Shown in pieces: positions 1 to 13,432 of a stretch of DNA of 64,000 nucleotides. The notes beneath the pieces were generated by a model. That model had not been told where the DNA came from. It worked only from the letters and a program-made list of their open reading frames with translations, and ran no database searches. Location of the stretch: contig OX597822.1 in NCBI GenBank assembly GCA_951406725.2, positions 76,508,001 through 76,572,000 on the forward strand, given 5' to 3'. Position 1 is the first letter of the stretch, and each line of letters begins with the position of its first letter. The DNA is from Octopus vulgaris. Its lineage: Eukaryota. A program made the position numbers and the translations under genes.

Positions 1-125
1 CGAAGAATTTTTTAAAATTCTATATTCTACATTGATATGATTTATAGCTTCATCTACTTTGAGTTCCACCAATAAAAACAATATATGTGTGTGTGTGTAT
101 ATGTGTATGCATAAATATATGTGTG

Positions 126-175
<50 letters not shown>

Positions 176-209
176 CATGCATATATATATGTATATATAT
201 ACACAGACA

Positions 210-243
<34 letters not shown>

Positions 244-246
<3 letters not shown>

Positions 247-463
247 GAGGGGTACTGAAAAGTTCCTGGCTTTAAGGGTTTTGTAAAAGGCCTGGCTGGA
301 GGCTCAACCTTCTGAGTTCTTTCACAGGGCTTAGAAAAACTGAAGGATTGTTGCAATAAGCATGTGAATCTGAGAGGGGAATATGTTGAATAAAATTATA
401 ATTAACTGATCCTCCTGTATTTTCTTTTATCCAGAACCAGGAACTTTTCAATATTCCCTCATA
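244..463. mobile_element. Mariner-type MITE
   Basis: TIRs TACGAGGGGTACTGAAAAGTTCCTGG / CCAGGAACTTTTCAATATTCCCTCATA with TA flanks; a second copy lies in opposite orientation at about 52194-52410. Confidence 0.8.
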
Positions 464-486
464 TACTGTATACATATGTATACATT

Positions 487-725
487 CTTCTATTCTTTTA
501 TTTGTTTCAGTCATTTGACTGCGGCCATGCTGGAGCACCACCTTTAGTCGAGCAAATCGGCCACAGGACTTATTCTATCAGTCCCTTTTGCTGAACTGCT
601 AAGTTATGGGGATGTAAATGCACCAGCATCGGTTGTCAAGTGATGTTAGGGGTACAAACACTGACACACACACACGCATATATATGTATCTATACACACA
701 CATATATACACATATAAAGCCTGTC

Positions 726-775
<50 letters not shown>

Positions 776-895
776 TTGTGTGTCTGTGTTTGTCCCCCTT
801 AAAGAATATATCCTCGGGTCGGTTTGCTTGACTAAAGGTGGTGCTCCAGTATGGCTGCAGTCAAATGACTGAAACAAGTAAAAGAATAAAAAGAA
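487..895. mobile_element. Two 3' halves of tRNA-SINE family A in opposite orientation around a (TA)n/(TG)n tract
   Basis: The diagnostic tail GCTCCAGCATGGCCGCAGTCAAATGACTGAAACAAGTAAAAGA occurs on the minus strand (about 495-540) and the plus strand (about 842-892). Confidence 0.85.
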
Positions 896-939
896 ATATA
901 TAAATATATATATAAATTAAGAAATGGAGTCAAACACAA

Positions 940-1573
940 GTGTTATTCAAATCATTTATTTCCAACATATGTTTCAAAGAAAGCATTGAGATTATTCTGG
1001 AGGGAATAAAAATGATGTAAAACAACACAATCATCTTCTCGGGGAAAGAAAGAGAAGCAAAGCACATCAATAAGCCATTTTAATCGAATGTGATTTTTGG
1101 CTGTATGATGAAGGGGAATTCTAGCAAGTTATTTAACGTCAAAGGTAATTTAGAGAAAGAAAGAAATTAAAAGAAAATTAAGAGTGGAAAACATAGTGTG
1201 ATAGATGAATTGGAATAAAGTTTAAAAGCATGGAAATAGATATATGTATATATATGTAAATGAAATGTAAGGAGACAGTTAAAGGTCAAATTATATAGAT
1301 TGGTAGAAATTACTTATAGAAACTAAAGGTGTGTTTTTGCCAATGCTTACAATGATAAACACTTTTAAACGTGTTATAAAATAAGTTGCCAGAGTTCCCC
1401 TTCATCATATAGGTGGTAATCACATTTGGTTAAAATGGCTTATTGATGTGTTTTGTTTCTCCTTTTAACTGACGAGATGATTGCATTGTTTTATATCATT
1501 TTCATTCCCTTCAGAATAATCTCAATGCTTTCTTCGAAACATATGTTGGAAGTATAAATGATTTTAATAACAC
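940..1573. mobile_element. Truncated Penelope-like element 3' end with inverted pseudo-LTR (about 200-bp arms)
   Basis: 940-1138 is the diverged reverse complement of about 1375-1573. The minus-strand spacer reads NTFKSVYHCKHWQKHTFSFYK*, resembling a PLE C-terminus. The right arm has CTGACGA(1469)...GAAAC-ATAT-GTT(1547). Confidence 0.65.
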
Positions 1574-2442
1574 CTGCATTTGACTCCATTTTTTAATTTA
1601 TCCAGGTTATACAAAAACATTTCGCTTAACCCCTGGAATTTCTACCTTTATAAGTACGCTATAATATTCTTGGCACTTCTGTGTATTTTTTTCTACCCTG
1701 GTAACTATTTATTTATTTTTTCCATGTTATTTTTACACATTGAAAAAATACACATACATTTATATATGTGTGTGTACATACATACACACCCATAATATTT
1801 ATGCTATCTTCTCTTATAACATGCAGGTAGCTTAATCCAACTATCAAGAATATTGTTCAGGGAAATGCATTTCTGAGGAGAGCTCTTGGTAGCTGAAGCA
1901 ATCTACACGTTATAAGATAGAATTATGTATTCTGTTCTGTTTTTAACATTTGGTAGTTCTTTTTAAATTGTCAGTATCTTAGCCAAACAATTAGTTTATC
2001 GATATTGCAATATTTCTGTTGGTTTCACTTTTTTTATATTCTTTTTGTTACACTTCTGCACTTATTCTCTCATTTCCTCTGGCTGCTGTTATTTTCATTT
2101 CATTTTGATGAAGTTGATGAAGAGTTTACACCTGAAATGTTAAAGACACTTCTTTTCTCTGAGAAATAATCTAATACAGCAACACTCACCTCATCTTCAG
2201 TGATGTTTGTCTTCATCTCTTTCATACATATATGTGTGAGTTTATATATTTCAATAAAAATATGATATACTGTACAAAAGAAACAGTTTGTACCAATTTT
2301 TCCCTTTGCCTGTTTCACCACTGTGGCTATTTGCATCCTCTGCAGTGGGTGCATTTGGATACAGATCCACAATGGGGCTTCATTCTGCATTTGGTTGCAA
2401 ATCCACAACAGTTCTTCAGGGGAACACCTTATTACATTATGT

Positions 2443-2668
2443 TTATTTCTTTATTGCCCACAGGGTGGGGACTGAACATAGAGGGGACAAACAAAGACAA
2501 AGAGATTAAGTTAATTACATCGACCCCAGTGCGTAACTGGTCTTTAATCAATCCCAAAAGACTGAAAAGCAAAGTCGACCTCGGTGGAATTTGAACTCAG
2601 AACGTAACAGCAGACGAAATACCACTAAGCATTTCACCCAGCGTGCTAACAATTCAGCAAGCTTCTTA
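2443..2668 (-). mobile_element. tRNA-derived SINE family B
   Basis: Reverse complement of the recurring core GAGTTCAAATTCCnCCGAGGTCGACTTTGCnTTTCA...TTAAGnACCAGTT with a B-box-like GTTCAAATTCC; more than 10 copies in the window. Confidence 0.85.
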
Positions 2669-2685
2669 CCACAGAACCATACCTA

Positions 2686-3205
<520 letters not shown>

Positions 3206-3252
3206 GTGCAGGCTACTAACCCCAAGATTGCGAGTTCAATTCCAGGTAGTGA

Positions 3253-3299
<47 letters not shown>

Positions 3300-3345
3300 T
3301 CAAAAATACCTTAAGAATGAGAACCTAGGTTTGAATTTTTCCCAA

Positions 3346-3388
3346 GACACCTGATGAAGGCTGGGGGGTATATCAGCTGAAACGTGTT
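3346..3388 (+). ncRNA. Degenerate minimal hammerhead-like motif in a repeat (about 3205-3440)
   Basis: GACAC-CTGATGA-AG-GCTG(9 nt)CAGC-T-GAAAC-GTGTT. Stem I (GACAC/GTGTT) and stem II pair, but the NUH cleavage triplet is missing. Confidence 0.5.
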
Positions 3389-4254
3389 AACAACAATAAG
3401 ACGAGGACAAATATCCGTCAAATGTAAATAATGTAAATTTCACTAAGACAGCGCAGGCATTGCTCTATGGTTTCTCACAGCATGGCACCTGGGACAAATG
3501 TCTTCAACTGTAGCCTGGGATCAAATAATGTTTTGTGTATGAGCTTAAGTAGATGAAGGCTGGGAAAAGCCAGCCATGTATATGTGTCTATGATAATGTA
3601 CATGCGTGTTAGTCTGTGTGAGTGTTTATTATTGCATGGTAAAACCACTGAATAATATATGGTGCAGTTTCTTGACAATTCTCTGTAAACAATTTGTTCA
3701 CCAATTCTATATTTTCGAAAATTTGTGTAGTAAAAAATCCTTTATGTAGAAAACGGTAAAGATTAATGACAGGAAGATTAGTAACTTATTAGCCACCACT
3801 TACCACAATAATATGTACTACTCTAATCCATACTAGCAATGAAACACAGACATATAGCAAATAATGAAGATATTTGTAGTCAATCTGACACTATGCTACA
3901 ATAAACTTTCCCAAGGTTCTATGTGGTAGGATTGAACCATGACTCAGGGGATTGTAAACCAAACATTCTAAAATCCTTCAGCCATGCCTGTTGCCCTTTA
4001 TTGCATTTTTCTGAATTCTCATTGAATTCTAATTACATAGAATTAAATTAATCTCAAAATAAAATGGAGTGAATCATTAAATCTATTTTTGTCTTGCTTT
4101 GAAGAAAATCTTCAAGTTATTGCCAAAAGGTGATAAGAGATAGGGAGTTCAATGAAAAAAAAAATTGGTTAATAGTTTTAACTTTAAATAGGATCCTCAT
4201 CAGTTATAATTTAGCCATGGTCTTGTTCATTCTTCTTTTGGTGTGGATGAATAA

Positions 4255-4790
4255 AATTAAGTGGTGTGTTTAGGGCAGATTTTACTGTGTGATGTGTTTA
4301 GGACAGTTGTTTCTGCATGCTGAGTAAAGTTAGATGTTGCTGTGTGTATAGGGCAGATTTTACTGTGTTGTGTATAGACTAGTTATTAATATGTGGTGTG
4401 TATATTCAAATTCTGCTGAGGTCACATTGTCTTTCTTCCTTGTGGGGTTAATAAAATAAGTACCAGTTTAGCACTGGGGGTTGATGTAATCAACTTACCT
4501 CCTCCCCCAAACTTGCTGGCCTTGTGCCAAAGTGTGAAACCAGTATATGATGTGTAGGTTCAAATTCCACTGAGGTCAACCTTGTCTTTTACTCTGTTGG
4601 GGGTCAGTAAAAAGAATAAGTACCAGTTGAGCTCAGGGGGTGGAGATGGGGGTCGGTGTGATTGATTTACCCCTTCCCTCCAATATATGGTGTGTATATT
4701 ACACATGATGCGTATTGGACAGATATTGCTGTGTGGTGTATAAAAAATAGTTGTTAAGAGGTGGTATGTATAGAGCAGATGTTGCAGTCA
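4255..4790. repeat. Degenerate ~30-bp minisatellite interrupted by SINE fragments; resumes at about 5155-5290
   Basis: Recurrent unit TGTGGTGTGTATAGnnCAGATnTTnCTG. Confidence 0.65.
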
Positions 4791-5869
4791 TCATCATCAT
4801 CATTTAATTCCATTGTCCATGCTGGCATGGGTTGGACAGTTTGACTGGGCTGGCATGCTGGAAGGCTGCACCAGGCTCCAGTCTGATTTGGGATGGTTTT
4901 CTATCGTTACATGCTCTTCCCAATGCCAACCACTCTAAGAGTGTAATGGGTGTTTTTACATGCCACCGGCACGGGTGCCATTTACGTGACACCAGTACCT
5001 GCCATGACTGTGATTTTGCTCGGCTTGATGGGTCTTCTTCTCAATCATGACATAATGCTAAAGGTCTTGGTCATTGCCTCCATGAGGCCCTACACTTGAA
5101 AGGAACTTGGCCATTTTGCCTCCATGAGGCCCAACACTCAAAAGGAACTCAGCCTGATGTATATATCATAGATATTGCATTGTGATATTTATTGTATAAT
5201 CGTTGCTGTATGGTGTGTATATTATAAATTTTACTATGTGGTGTGTATATTTGAGATGTTACTGTGCAGTATGTATAGAACATTATGTGTACAGTTAAAA
5301 AGTAGTGGGGTGGGGTAGCTGGATTAACTACATTACTCAAATTCCAGGCCTTGTGCTTTTGTTAGAGGCAATTATTATTAGTATTTTTTTTTGCAAGTCT
5401 TTCCTCTTTCAGACATGGTTAACAAGCCATGAGACTTCAGGTTCAATCCTAGTGTGCAGCACCTTAGGCAAGTGTCTTCTATTGTAGCTATGGGCCAACC
5501 AATGCCGTGTTAGTAAATTTTGTAAATGGAAACTGTGTGGATGCCATTAATGTGAGTGTGTGTGTGTCTTTATGGGTTTGTAGCCATAACTTAGTCATTC
5601 AGCAAAAGAAACTGATAGAATAAGAGCCAGATTTTAAAAAAAAACAAATCATGGCTCCATATGGTCAACTAAAAACCCTTCGAGGCAGTGTTCCAGCATG
5701 GCCATGGTCCAGTTACTAAAGCAAGTGAAAGATAAAAGATATTCATGCAAATTCACTTAAATTTACATATTTACACTCATAAATATGCATGTACACACAA
5801 ACACACATTAATATATGCACGAACACACATACACATACACAAATATATGCACACAAAAGCTCTCATATA

Positions 5870-6068
5870 TTCTTTTCTACTCTAAGTACAAGGTCCCAAA
5901 TTTTGGAGGAGGAGGCCAGTCGATTAGATCGACCCCAGTACACAACTGGTACTTAATTTATCGATTTCAAAAGGATGAAAGGCAAAGTCGACCTCAGTGG
6001 AATTTGAACTCAGAATATAAAGACAGACATTTTGCCCAGCGTGCTAACATTTCTACCAGCTCACCGCA
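5870..6068 (-). mobile_element. SINE family B
   Basis: AAAGGATGAAAGGCAAAGTCGACCTC...GAATTTGAACTCAG core. Confidence 0.8.
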
Positions 6069-6574
6069 TTATAGCTCTCATATATTAACATATACATACT
6101 TGCATAAATACATATACATTCCTATAATCATACATGCACAAAACACATGCACACGCACACACATATACAAAAACTCTACACATACATAAAATCATAGGAA
6201 CAAATGTAAACACACTCTTACAGAAATGCAAACACAAAAATTTACATGCATTCACATAGTACGCACATGGAACAAGCACAAACAGAAATACACACACAAA
6301 CCACCTACATCACATTCAATAACCACAAAAAAAAGAAAAGAAAAGAATCGAATAAACTACAGGTAAATACAACTTTAAAGAAAGTAGCAAAGCATGCATA
6401 TACATCTATATATATGAATATATGTATATATATATATATATATATATACATACATATATATATAGGCATATGTGTATGTATATATATATATATATGTATA
6501 TATATATAGGCATATATGTATGTGTATATATATGTATATGTGTATATATATGTATATATATATATATATATAGG

Positions 6575-6608
<34 letters not shown>

Positions 6609-7915
6609 GGCATATGTATATCCATGTATATATAACTCAGAAACTGGTCTGATTAATCTGCTTTGTTAACCCACACATGCACTTCTAATCTATTTTGAGT
6701 AAAGAGCTCTCTCTAATTTCGTATAATACCTGAGGCGAGAAGCTTTTAATGAGCCTGTTAAGTAGATTAAAGTTATTTCATTTGTCTCTACAGATGAAAC
6801 CTTAATCTATGATTAATATCTCACACACTCACAAAAAGAATACAAAACAAAATTGAAAACAAAGAAATAATAAATTGACTTTATACGTCTTCCTCTGACT
6901 ACCTTTTTAAATAGATGAGCCTTATATCTTAACTGGCAAATTACTCTAACCAACACATAATCAACCACATTTCAGTTGATGTGACATTAAGATAGACGCG
7001 CGAATAAATTACTAGGTTGTTTGGTTGTGCTTTTAGTTGATTCTGTTGGGGATTATTGAATAAAACTCAACTATAGAGTGAATTTTTTTCCTTCACCTGA
7101 GTTCTTTTACCTTCGTTTGCTGTTTATTTGTTTGGTTTGTTGAACTCTGGCCATGCTGGAGCAATGCTGTGAAGGGTTTTGGACAACCAAAATAGAATTT
7201 TATGTTATATATTTCATATTTTACTTGTTTCAAGGCATTACACTGTGGTCATGCTGGGGCACCGATTTGAAGGGGGGGGGGTTAAGTCAAACTAATCAGC
7301 CCCAGTAACTGTTTTCTTTTTCAGCCTGGAATTTATTCTGTTAGTCTATTTTGCCAAACTGCTAAGTTTTGGGGGACATAAACACACTGACAGTGTGTGT
7401 CAAGCTGTGGTGGGAGACAAACACAGACAGAAAGATACACATGCATGTACACACACATAAATGCATGCCGACACTCATTCACACACATATGAGCACACAC
7501 ATGTGCACAGACGTGCACACACGCATTCACACAAATATAACATGTTTTTGTTTTGCCTTTTCTTTAGTTTAGTCTACCAGTGTCTTATATTGGATCAATG
7601 AGTTATGGTGATGTAAATAAACCAACAGCAGTCGTCAAGCCATTGATGGGAAGTGACAAACACAGACATAATGAAACATACACACTCATACATTATGGGC
7701 TTCCACACACTTTTTATCTACTAAATTCACTCACAAGGCATTGGTTGACTCAGGGTTATACTAGAATGCTCTTGCCCAATGTACAGCACAGTGATACTGA
7801 ACCCAAAACCAAGTGGTTACAAAGCAAAACTTCTTAACCACCCAACCATATAATTTGGCATTTTCAGACAGCTGCTTATCAATCCAGTCCTCATTTACCC
7901 TCTGTCTAACCATTG

Positions 7916-8397
7916 TTAACCCTTTCATTACCAACCCGGCTGAAACCAGCTCTGGCTCTGTAGTACAAAAGTCTTATTTTCATAAGTTTTGAATTAAAAT
8001 CTTCCACCAAACATTAGTCATAATTTATGTTCCTAATACTAGCTTAATGATAACAAAGTTATTTTACTAAATTCTTTGTTATATTTAAAATTAATTGAAA
8101 GAAACACAGAGCATCTCAACCAAAATATGGTCACAAAAGGATTAAAATATATAATAAAGAAACAATTCTTAACCCTTTCAATACCAACCTGGTTGAAACC
8201 ACTTCTGGCTCTGTAGTACAAATGTCTTGTTTTCATAAGTTTTGAATTAAAATCTTCCACCAAACCTTAGCCACAATTTGTGTTCCTAGCACTAGCTTCA
8301 TGATAACTAAGTTATTTTACTAAATTCTTTATTATATTTTAAGTAAGTGAAAGAAAGACAGAGCATCTCAAAATAAATATAATAATGAAAGGGTTAA
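7916..8397. mobile_element. Tandem dimer of a TTAA-specific (piggyBac-like) MITE
   Basis: Two ~230-bp units TTAACCCTTTC...AAAGG(G/A)TTAA (7916-8145 and 8169-8397) joined by a 23-bp linker. Confidence 0.75.
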
Positions 8398-8779
8398 ATA
8401 TACTTTGTAGTGGCTCTGTGTTTGATATTGGCTTACATGCAAATATACATTTCTTCATTTCAAAGTTGACTCAGTTGACTTTGTGTGGTTGCACTTTTTG
8501 TGTCATTCTCTGTGATTGGTTGGAATGGAACATTTCTTTCTGCTACCAGTTCAGCGTTTGCATAAAGCACGGCAGTCACCATTTCTCACTAGAGTTTTCC
8601 TTCCTTCACTTTAGAACTCTCTTGATATGTAGTTCTTTCACTCACATCAATGCTGTCTGCTCAGTAAGTTCTCTTGATGAGCCAGCAGACGCAACAACCA
8701 ATGTAACCTTCTTGGAGGCATTCTCGCGCACACTACTAGTGCCAGTATCACCTCCATGTTGTTTCATTTTGGTTTAACC

Positions 8780-9060
8780 AACCAACCAGCCAACTGTCCA
8801 TACCAGAAAAAGATTTAACTTAGCCAAGCATCACACGCTCAACTTCCAGACACACAGACTAAAAACTTCATCATTTGACCAACATTCCAGCTATGTCCAT
8901 CCTATCTTTTTATTGGAATTCCATATGCCTAACACTCAGGGACATACTTACAAAATCAAAACAACCACAGAGCAACCATGACTTGGAAGCTATATTTCAT
9001 GCTCAGAATTGCTGAAGCATGGAATAAACCACCTGCATCAGTTGTTAGCTGTTGAGACAC
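8780..9060 (+). mobile_element. Decayed CR1/L2-type LINE RT C-terminal fragment
   Basis: Translates LEFHMPNTQGHTYKIK...YFMLRIAEAWNKPPASVVSC, matching the CR1 pattern TRGH..KL...FF..RV...WN.LP..VV; frameshifted. Confidence 0.7.
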
Positions 9061-9109
9061 TATTCTTCCTCTTTTTTCTGTTACTTGGGTTCAGTCTCAC
9101 CGTGCTGCA

Positions 9110-9290
9110 CCTTGGACAGATTAGTGTGGGAAGTTAAGCAGTTGTGGTCGCTGAAAAAGGTGGTAATAGTACCAGTAATTGTCGGAGCCATCCTAGAAGA
9201 CTCAGAAAAGGTAGTCAGAAAAAAAAAAGAGATGGGTTAGTGCTAGGTGTAAATGCAGTTCTAAGCGGAGAGTTAGAAAAGGATGTGGAG
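9110..9290 (+). mobile_element. Fragment of a restriction-like-endonuclease (R4/R2-group) LINE
   Basis: DRLVWEVKQLWSLKKVVIVPVIVGA matches the C-terminal E...LW....V.VVPVVIGALG motif. Confidence 0.65.
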
Positions 9291-9797
9291 GTGGTTTGGT
9301 GTGTACATGTAAAGGAAAATACCTGTGTATTGAGATGAGGATACAGAGAGGTGTGTGTGTGTGTGTGTATGGTAGCATGTGGTGCATATGGTTTCCTAAG
9401 GTGCGTGTTGGTATGTGTAGGTGCGTGGAGATGGAGGTGTGCAAGTATGGGAGTATAGTGATGTGAGATAGTGGCAGAGACGGGGAAGATGGTATGTAGG
9501 TGTGGTCATATTACATGCTGCAGAGAGGTGTGTAGGGGAGAAGGATGTGGCTGGCATGGGTGTGAGGTGAAAGGGAAGTTAAGAAGATTGTAATACTTAA
9601 GAAAAGAAACACTGATAAAAAACTATAGGGTAAAAAACCTCAGTAAAATCATAAGTATGTATGTGTACATATGTATATGTATATATGTATATATCATTAT
9701 CATCATTTTAAAAAATTTTCATATCTGTATATCTATCTATATCTAGCTATGTATCTATACATACATACATACATATGTGTGTGTGTGTATACGTGTG

Positions 9798-9829
<32 letters not shown>

Positions 9830-10031
9830 CATATATATGCATATTTATATATGTGTGTGTATGCGTATATATATGTCTGTGTGTGTGTATATATGCATAT
9901 ATATGTGTGTATATGTGCATATATATCATTATCATCATCATCGTTTAACATCCTCATATCTGTGTATTTATATCTAGCTATCTATTTATACATATATATG
10001 CATGTGTGTGTGTATGTGTGTATATAAATAC

Positions 10032-10066
<35 letters not shown>

Positions 10067-11114
10067 TATATAGATATATACACATACATACACATGTATA
10101 CATAGGGATGATATCTAGGATTTCAAATTCATTTGGGTGGTTTTATATATTTCTCTCTTTAATTTCGCAAAGTAACTGCTATCTTCAGCACAGATAATTC
10201 ATCCAATGAAATTAATAGTCTCTTTGATAACAAGAAAAATAAATGAAGTGTAAAAAAAATCTTTGATATCTTATGCATCCCATGTACTTAAAACTCAAGG
10301 GTATAACAACATTTACAAGTGATGTATAACTTGCATGTCACAGATATGTAGTTTATTCACACATTAACCTACACTCTGCAGTTCATAGCAAATTGGATAC
10401 TAGGATATATGTAAATAAATACATCAGGATACTCAAAACATGTGCATACAAATGTGTGTGATATATGTGATACACATGTGTGAGATATGTGTATGTAATG
10501 TTTATTTGCACTCATATACACACATATACACATATTAACGCTTTATATGTAGATGTCCTCAAAGAACAGTCAAATATTTATTGAAAGTTCACTCAATACA
10601 TTTAAGTAGAGTATCAAATGTAGATCCAGAAGGAAAAAGTTGACAGTCGAAGTTCCCCAGGTAAAAAAATAACATATAGGTGAAATATATTAAGGTGCAG
10701 GTGTGGCAGTGTGGTTAAGAAGTACATTTCGCTACCGCATAGCTTCAGGTTCAGTCACACTGCGTGTCACCTTGGGCAAGTATCTTGCACTGTAGACCCT
10801 CTGGATTCAGTTTTAAGTGGATTCAGTTGGTGGAAACTTAAAGAAGCTCATTGTGTGTTTGTTACATAGAGTAAATGTGATGAAATCTGTGGTTTCTTTG
10901 GTATGTTTGTTCCCAAATAACACTTATTTTAGTGCTGTTGACACCACCGGATTCAATAGTACTGTCCAGGTGTCAAAACCATAGTGATATGCATGGGGTA
11001 GCTGATGATGGAGGCATGTTGGATTGTTGGTATGGCTGTGGAATAGTATTGTAACACAGCCTTTTGATATATATAAATAAATAAATAAAATATATATATA
11101 TTTTTTTATATATA

Positions 11115-11450
11115 TTGGACAAGAATGCAAAACATCCAGACAGTTACGTGATATTAAAATGGGACAACAAAACATCCAGACAGATGATACAAAAAAAACA
11201 AGGACGGATCATTAGGAGTTTTCTATCCTCAATTGAGTTCCAGATCATCTTTGCAATTTCAGCTGGTTATACTCGAGATTGCTCCAAACTGGCCAGCCCC
11301 AAGGAAAAACTAAGCTAAGAGCATTAGATTCCTTGGAAGAAAGCAGCGAATGTATATGAAACCAGGGACGGGGTAAAAAACCCAGAGGATGTTACACAGA
11401 TACAATGCAAATAACAGAACATGACAACAGGTGTCTTTCAACTATACATA
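11115..11450. mobile_element. Interspersed repeat, probable PLE terminal region; inverted homologue at about 20970-21295, related sequence at 32041-32272
   Basis: Shared GGACAAGAA..CAAAAC..., GGnTCATTnGnAG and TATACTCGAG motifs across the copies. Confidence 0.6.
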
Positions 11451-11466
11451 AAAAAATGTATACTTT

Positions 11467-11551
<85 letters not shown>

Positions 11552-12167
11552 GTGTCTGTGTTTGTCCTCCCCAACATCGCTTGACAACCGATGGTGGTGT
11601 GTTTACATCCCTGTAACTTAGCAGTTCGGCAAAGGAGACCAATAGCATAAGTACTAGGTTTACAAAGAATAAGTCCTGCAGTTGATTTGCTCGACCAAAG
11701 GTGGTGCTCCAGCATGGCTGCAGTTAAATGACTAAAACAAGTAAAAGAGTATATATTGTCTATAGAAAATATTCTAATATTTGGGCATATAAGCCATCAA
11801 TGAAGAAAAAATGGTATGTCTGGGGAAATGAAGCCTCTTATTTCTGTGGTGAGTGTGCTGACTGGTTTCACCAATTTGCGTCCATTAAATTTAGGAATTA
11901 TGATTTCACCAACTCATGTAAACAAATTTATATGTATTCTGCATTAAATTAAGAAACAGTAACAAGTGAAAATTCTCTAAATATAATTATAAGCTTAAAC
12001 TTATAAGCATTCACTGTATATTGGATATGAGAAATAGTCTAATATTAGGACATATAAGCCCCTCATGGTGAAAAATGGGTATTAGTAAGCTTTTAATTAT
12101 ATTTATAATTAAGCTTATAATTATATTTGCAGAATTTTCCCGTGTCATTGTTTCTTAGTTTAACACA

Positions 12168-12204
<37 letters not shown>

Positions 12205-12207
<3 letters not shown>

Positions 12208-12392
12208 CGAGGTGGCAGAAACGTTAGCATGGCGGGCGAAATGCTTAGCTGAGTTCAAATTCTGCCGAGGTCGACTTTGCCTTTCTTTCTTTTGGAGTTG
12301 ATAAATTAAGTACCAGTTGCATACTGGTGTCGATCTAACTGACTGGCCCCACTCCTCAAAAATATTGGACCTTGTACCTAGAATAGAAAAGA
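12205..12392 (+). mobile_element. SINE family B (internally deleted)
   Basis: GGCGAGGTGGCAGAAACGTTAGC head plus the core. Confidence 0.8.
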
Positions 12393-12404
12393 ATATATTT
12401 GTGC

Positions 12405-12459
<55 letters not shown>

Positions 12460-12461
12460 AT

Positions 12462-12918
12462 ATGAGTGATATCAGAATTCTGAAGCAACTTCTCTTTGCT
12501 CAATTCCCAATGAAGGTCAGTTGGAAAGCCTCTCTTGTGTTTCAAAGACAAACTAAAAGGCATTCTGAAGCAATGTAACATTCCCTTTTCTTCCTGAGAA
12601 AACAAAGCATCAGAATGCAGGACCTGGCACCACTCTTGCTTCTTCTCAATTCAAAGATTTGAGCAACGTCAATTTCAACTCTGGGACCAACTTTGTGCAA
12701 GTATGAAGGCACACTGGCAAAACACTTCTCCTCTAAATGGAAACCTCACCTGTCATTGTGGGTTTGTGGCATGAAGCAAAGCTGTCCACTCAAGAAAACA
12801 CCTAGCAAATGATCCACAAGCACTCCAGCAAACTGAGTCCTCAACTTGTTCTATTTGCCAAAAGGTTTGCAAGGCACCAGCAGACTTCAAGAAACACGTT
12901 CATGTCCAGAGAACATAA
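12462..12918 (+). mobile_element. Decayed RTE-clade LINE 3' fragment with terminal C2H2-like finger
   Basis: MSDIRILKQLLFAQ / RSVGKPLLCFKDKLKGILKQCNIPFSS*ENKASECRTW ... TCSICQKVCKAPADFKKHVHVQ; typical RTE C-terminus with a frameshift and a stop. Confidence 0.8.
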
Positions 12919-12980
12919 TTAACGCTATATTTTACTGAACCCTCATTTGTCATTCCCAACAAGAGAATCCATCATCACGT

Positions 12981-13021
<41 letters not shown>

Positions 13022-13022
13022 T

Positions 13023-13061
<39 letters not shown>

Positions 13062-13182
13062 TTTACATATAAATATATCTATATATGCATGCTGGTTGTC
13101 TAAGACACCATATGCCAGAGAAAAGATGCACTGATGCATCAGTAGAGAGGGTATATTATCCAAAATGTATGAAATGTCCATC

Positions 13183-13277
13183 ACAGCTGATCTTACCAAT
13201 TGGTTTCACATAAAGAATACAATGGAGTGTTAGGTAACAAAATGATTATATAACTTTACACTCATCAGAGCAACCGC
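13183..13277 (-). ncRNA. Type I hammerhead ribozyme motif (left arm of fold-back)
   Basis: Minus strand reads GCGGTTGCT-CTGATGA-GTGTAAAG...CTTTATGT-GAAAC-CAATTG-GTA-AGATCAGCTGT; intact core and palindromic stem III ACCAATTGGT. Confidence 0.75.
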
Positions 13278-13337
13278 AGACTGGTTGTGCTAATCCACCC
13301 CTGACAATAGAGACCAGTCACCATATTCCCTTTCATA

Positions 13338-13432
13338 TTGGCTGACTCTGATGAGCGTAAATTTATGTAATCGGCTTGTTACCTAGCACTCCATTGTATT
13401 CTTTACATGAAACTGATTGGTAAAATCAGCCA
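13338..13432 (+). ncRNA. Type I hammerhead ribozyme motif (right arm of fold-back)
   Basis: TGGCTGACT-CTGATGA(13348)-GCGTAAA...TTTACAT-GAAAC(13409)-TGATTG-GTA-AAATCAGCCA; stem I TGGCTGA/TCAGCCA. Confidence 0.75.

Noticed and set aside
2100-2408. ORF with TEDEVSVAVLDYFSEK as a mariner C-terminus
   Set aside because: The similarity is too short, and the same bases fit equally well an eroded CTGAAGATG...CATC hammerhead-like repeat.
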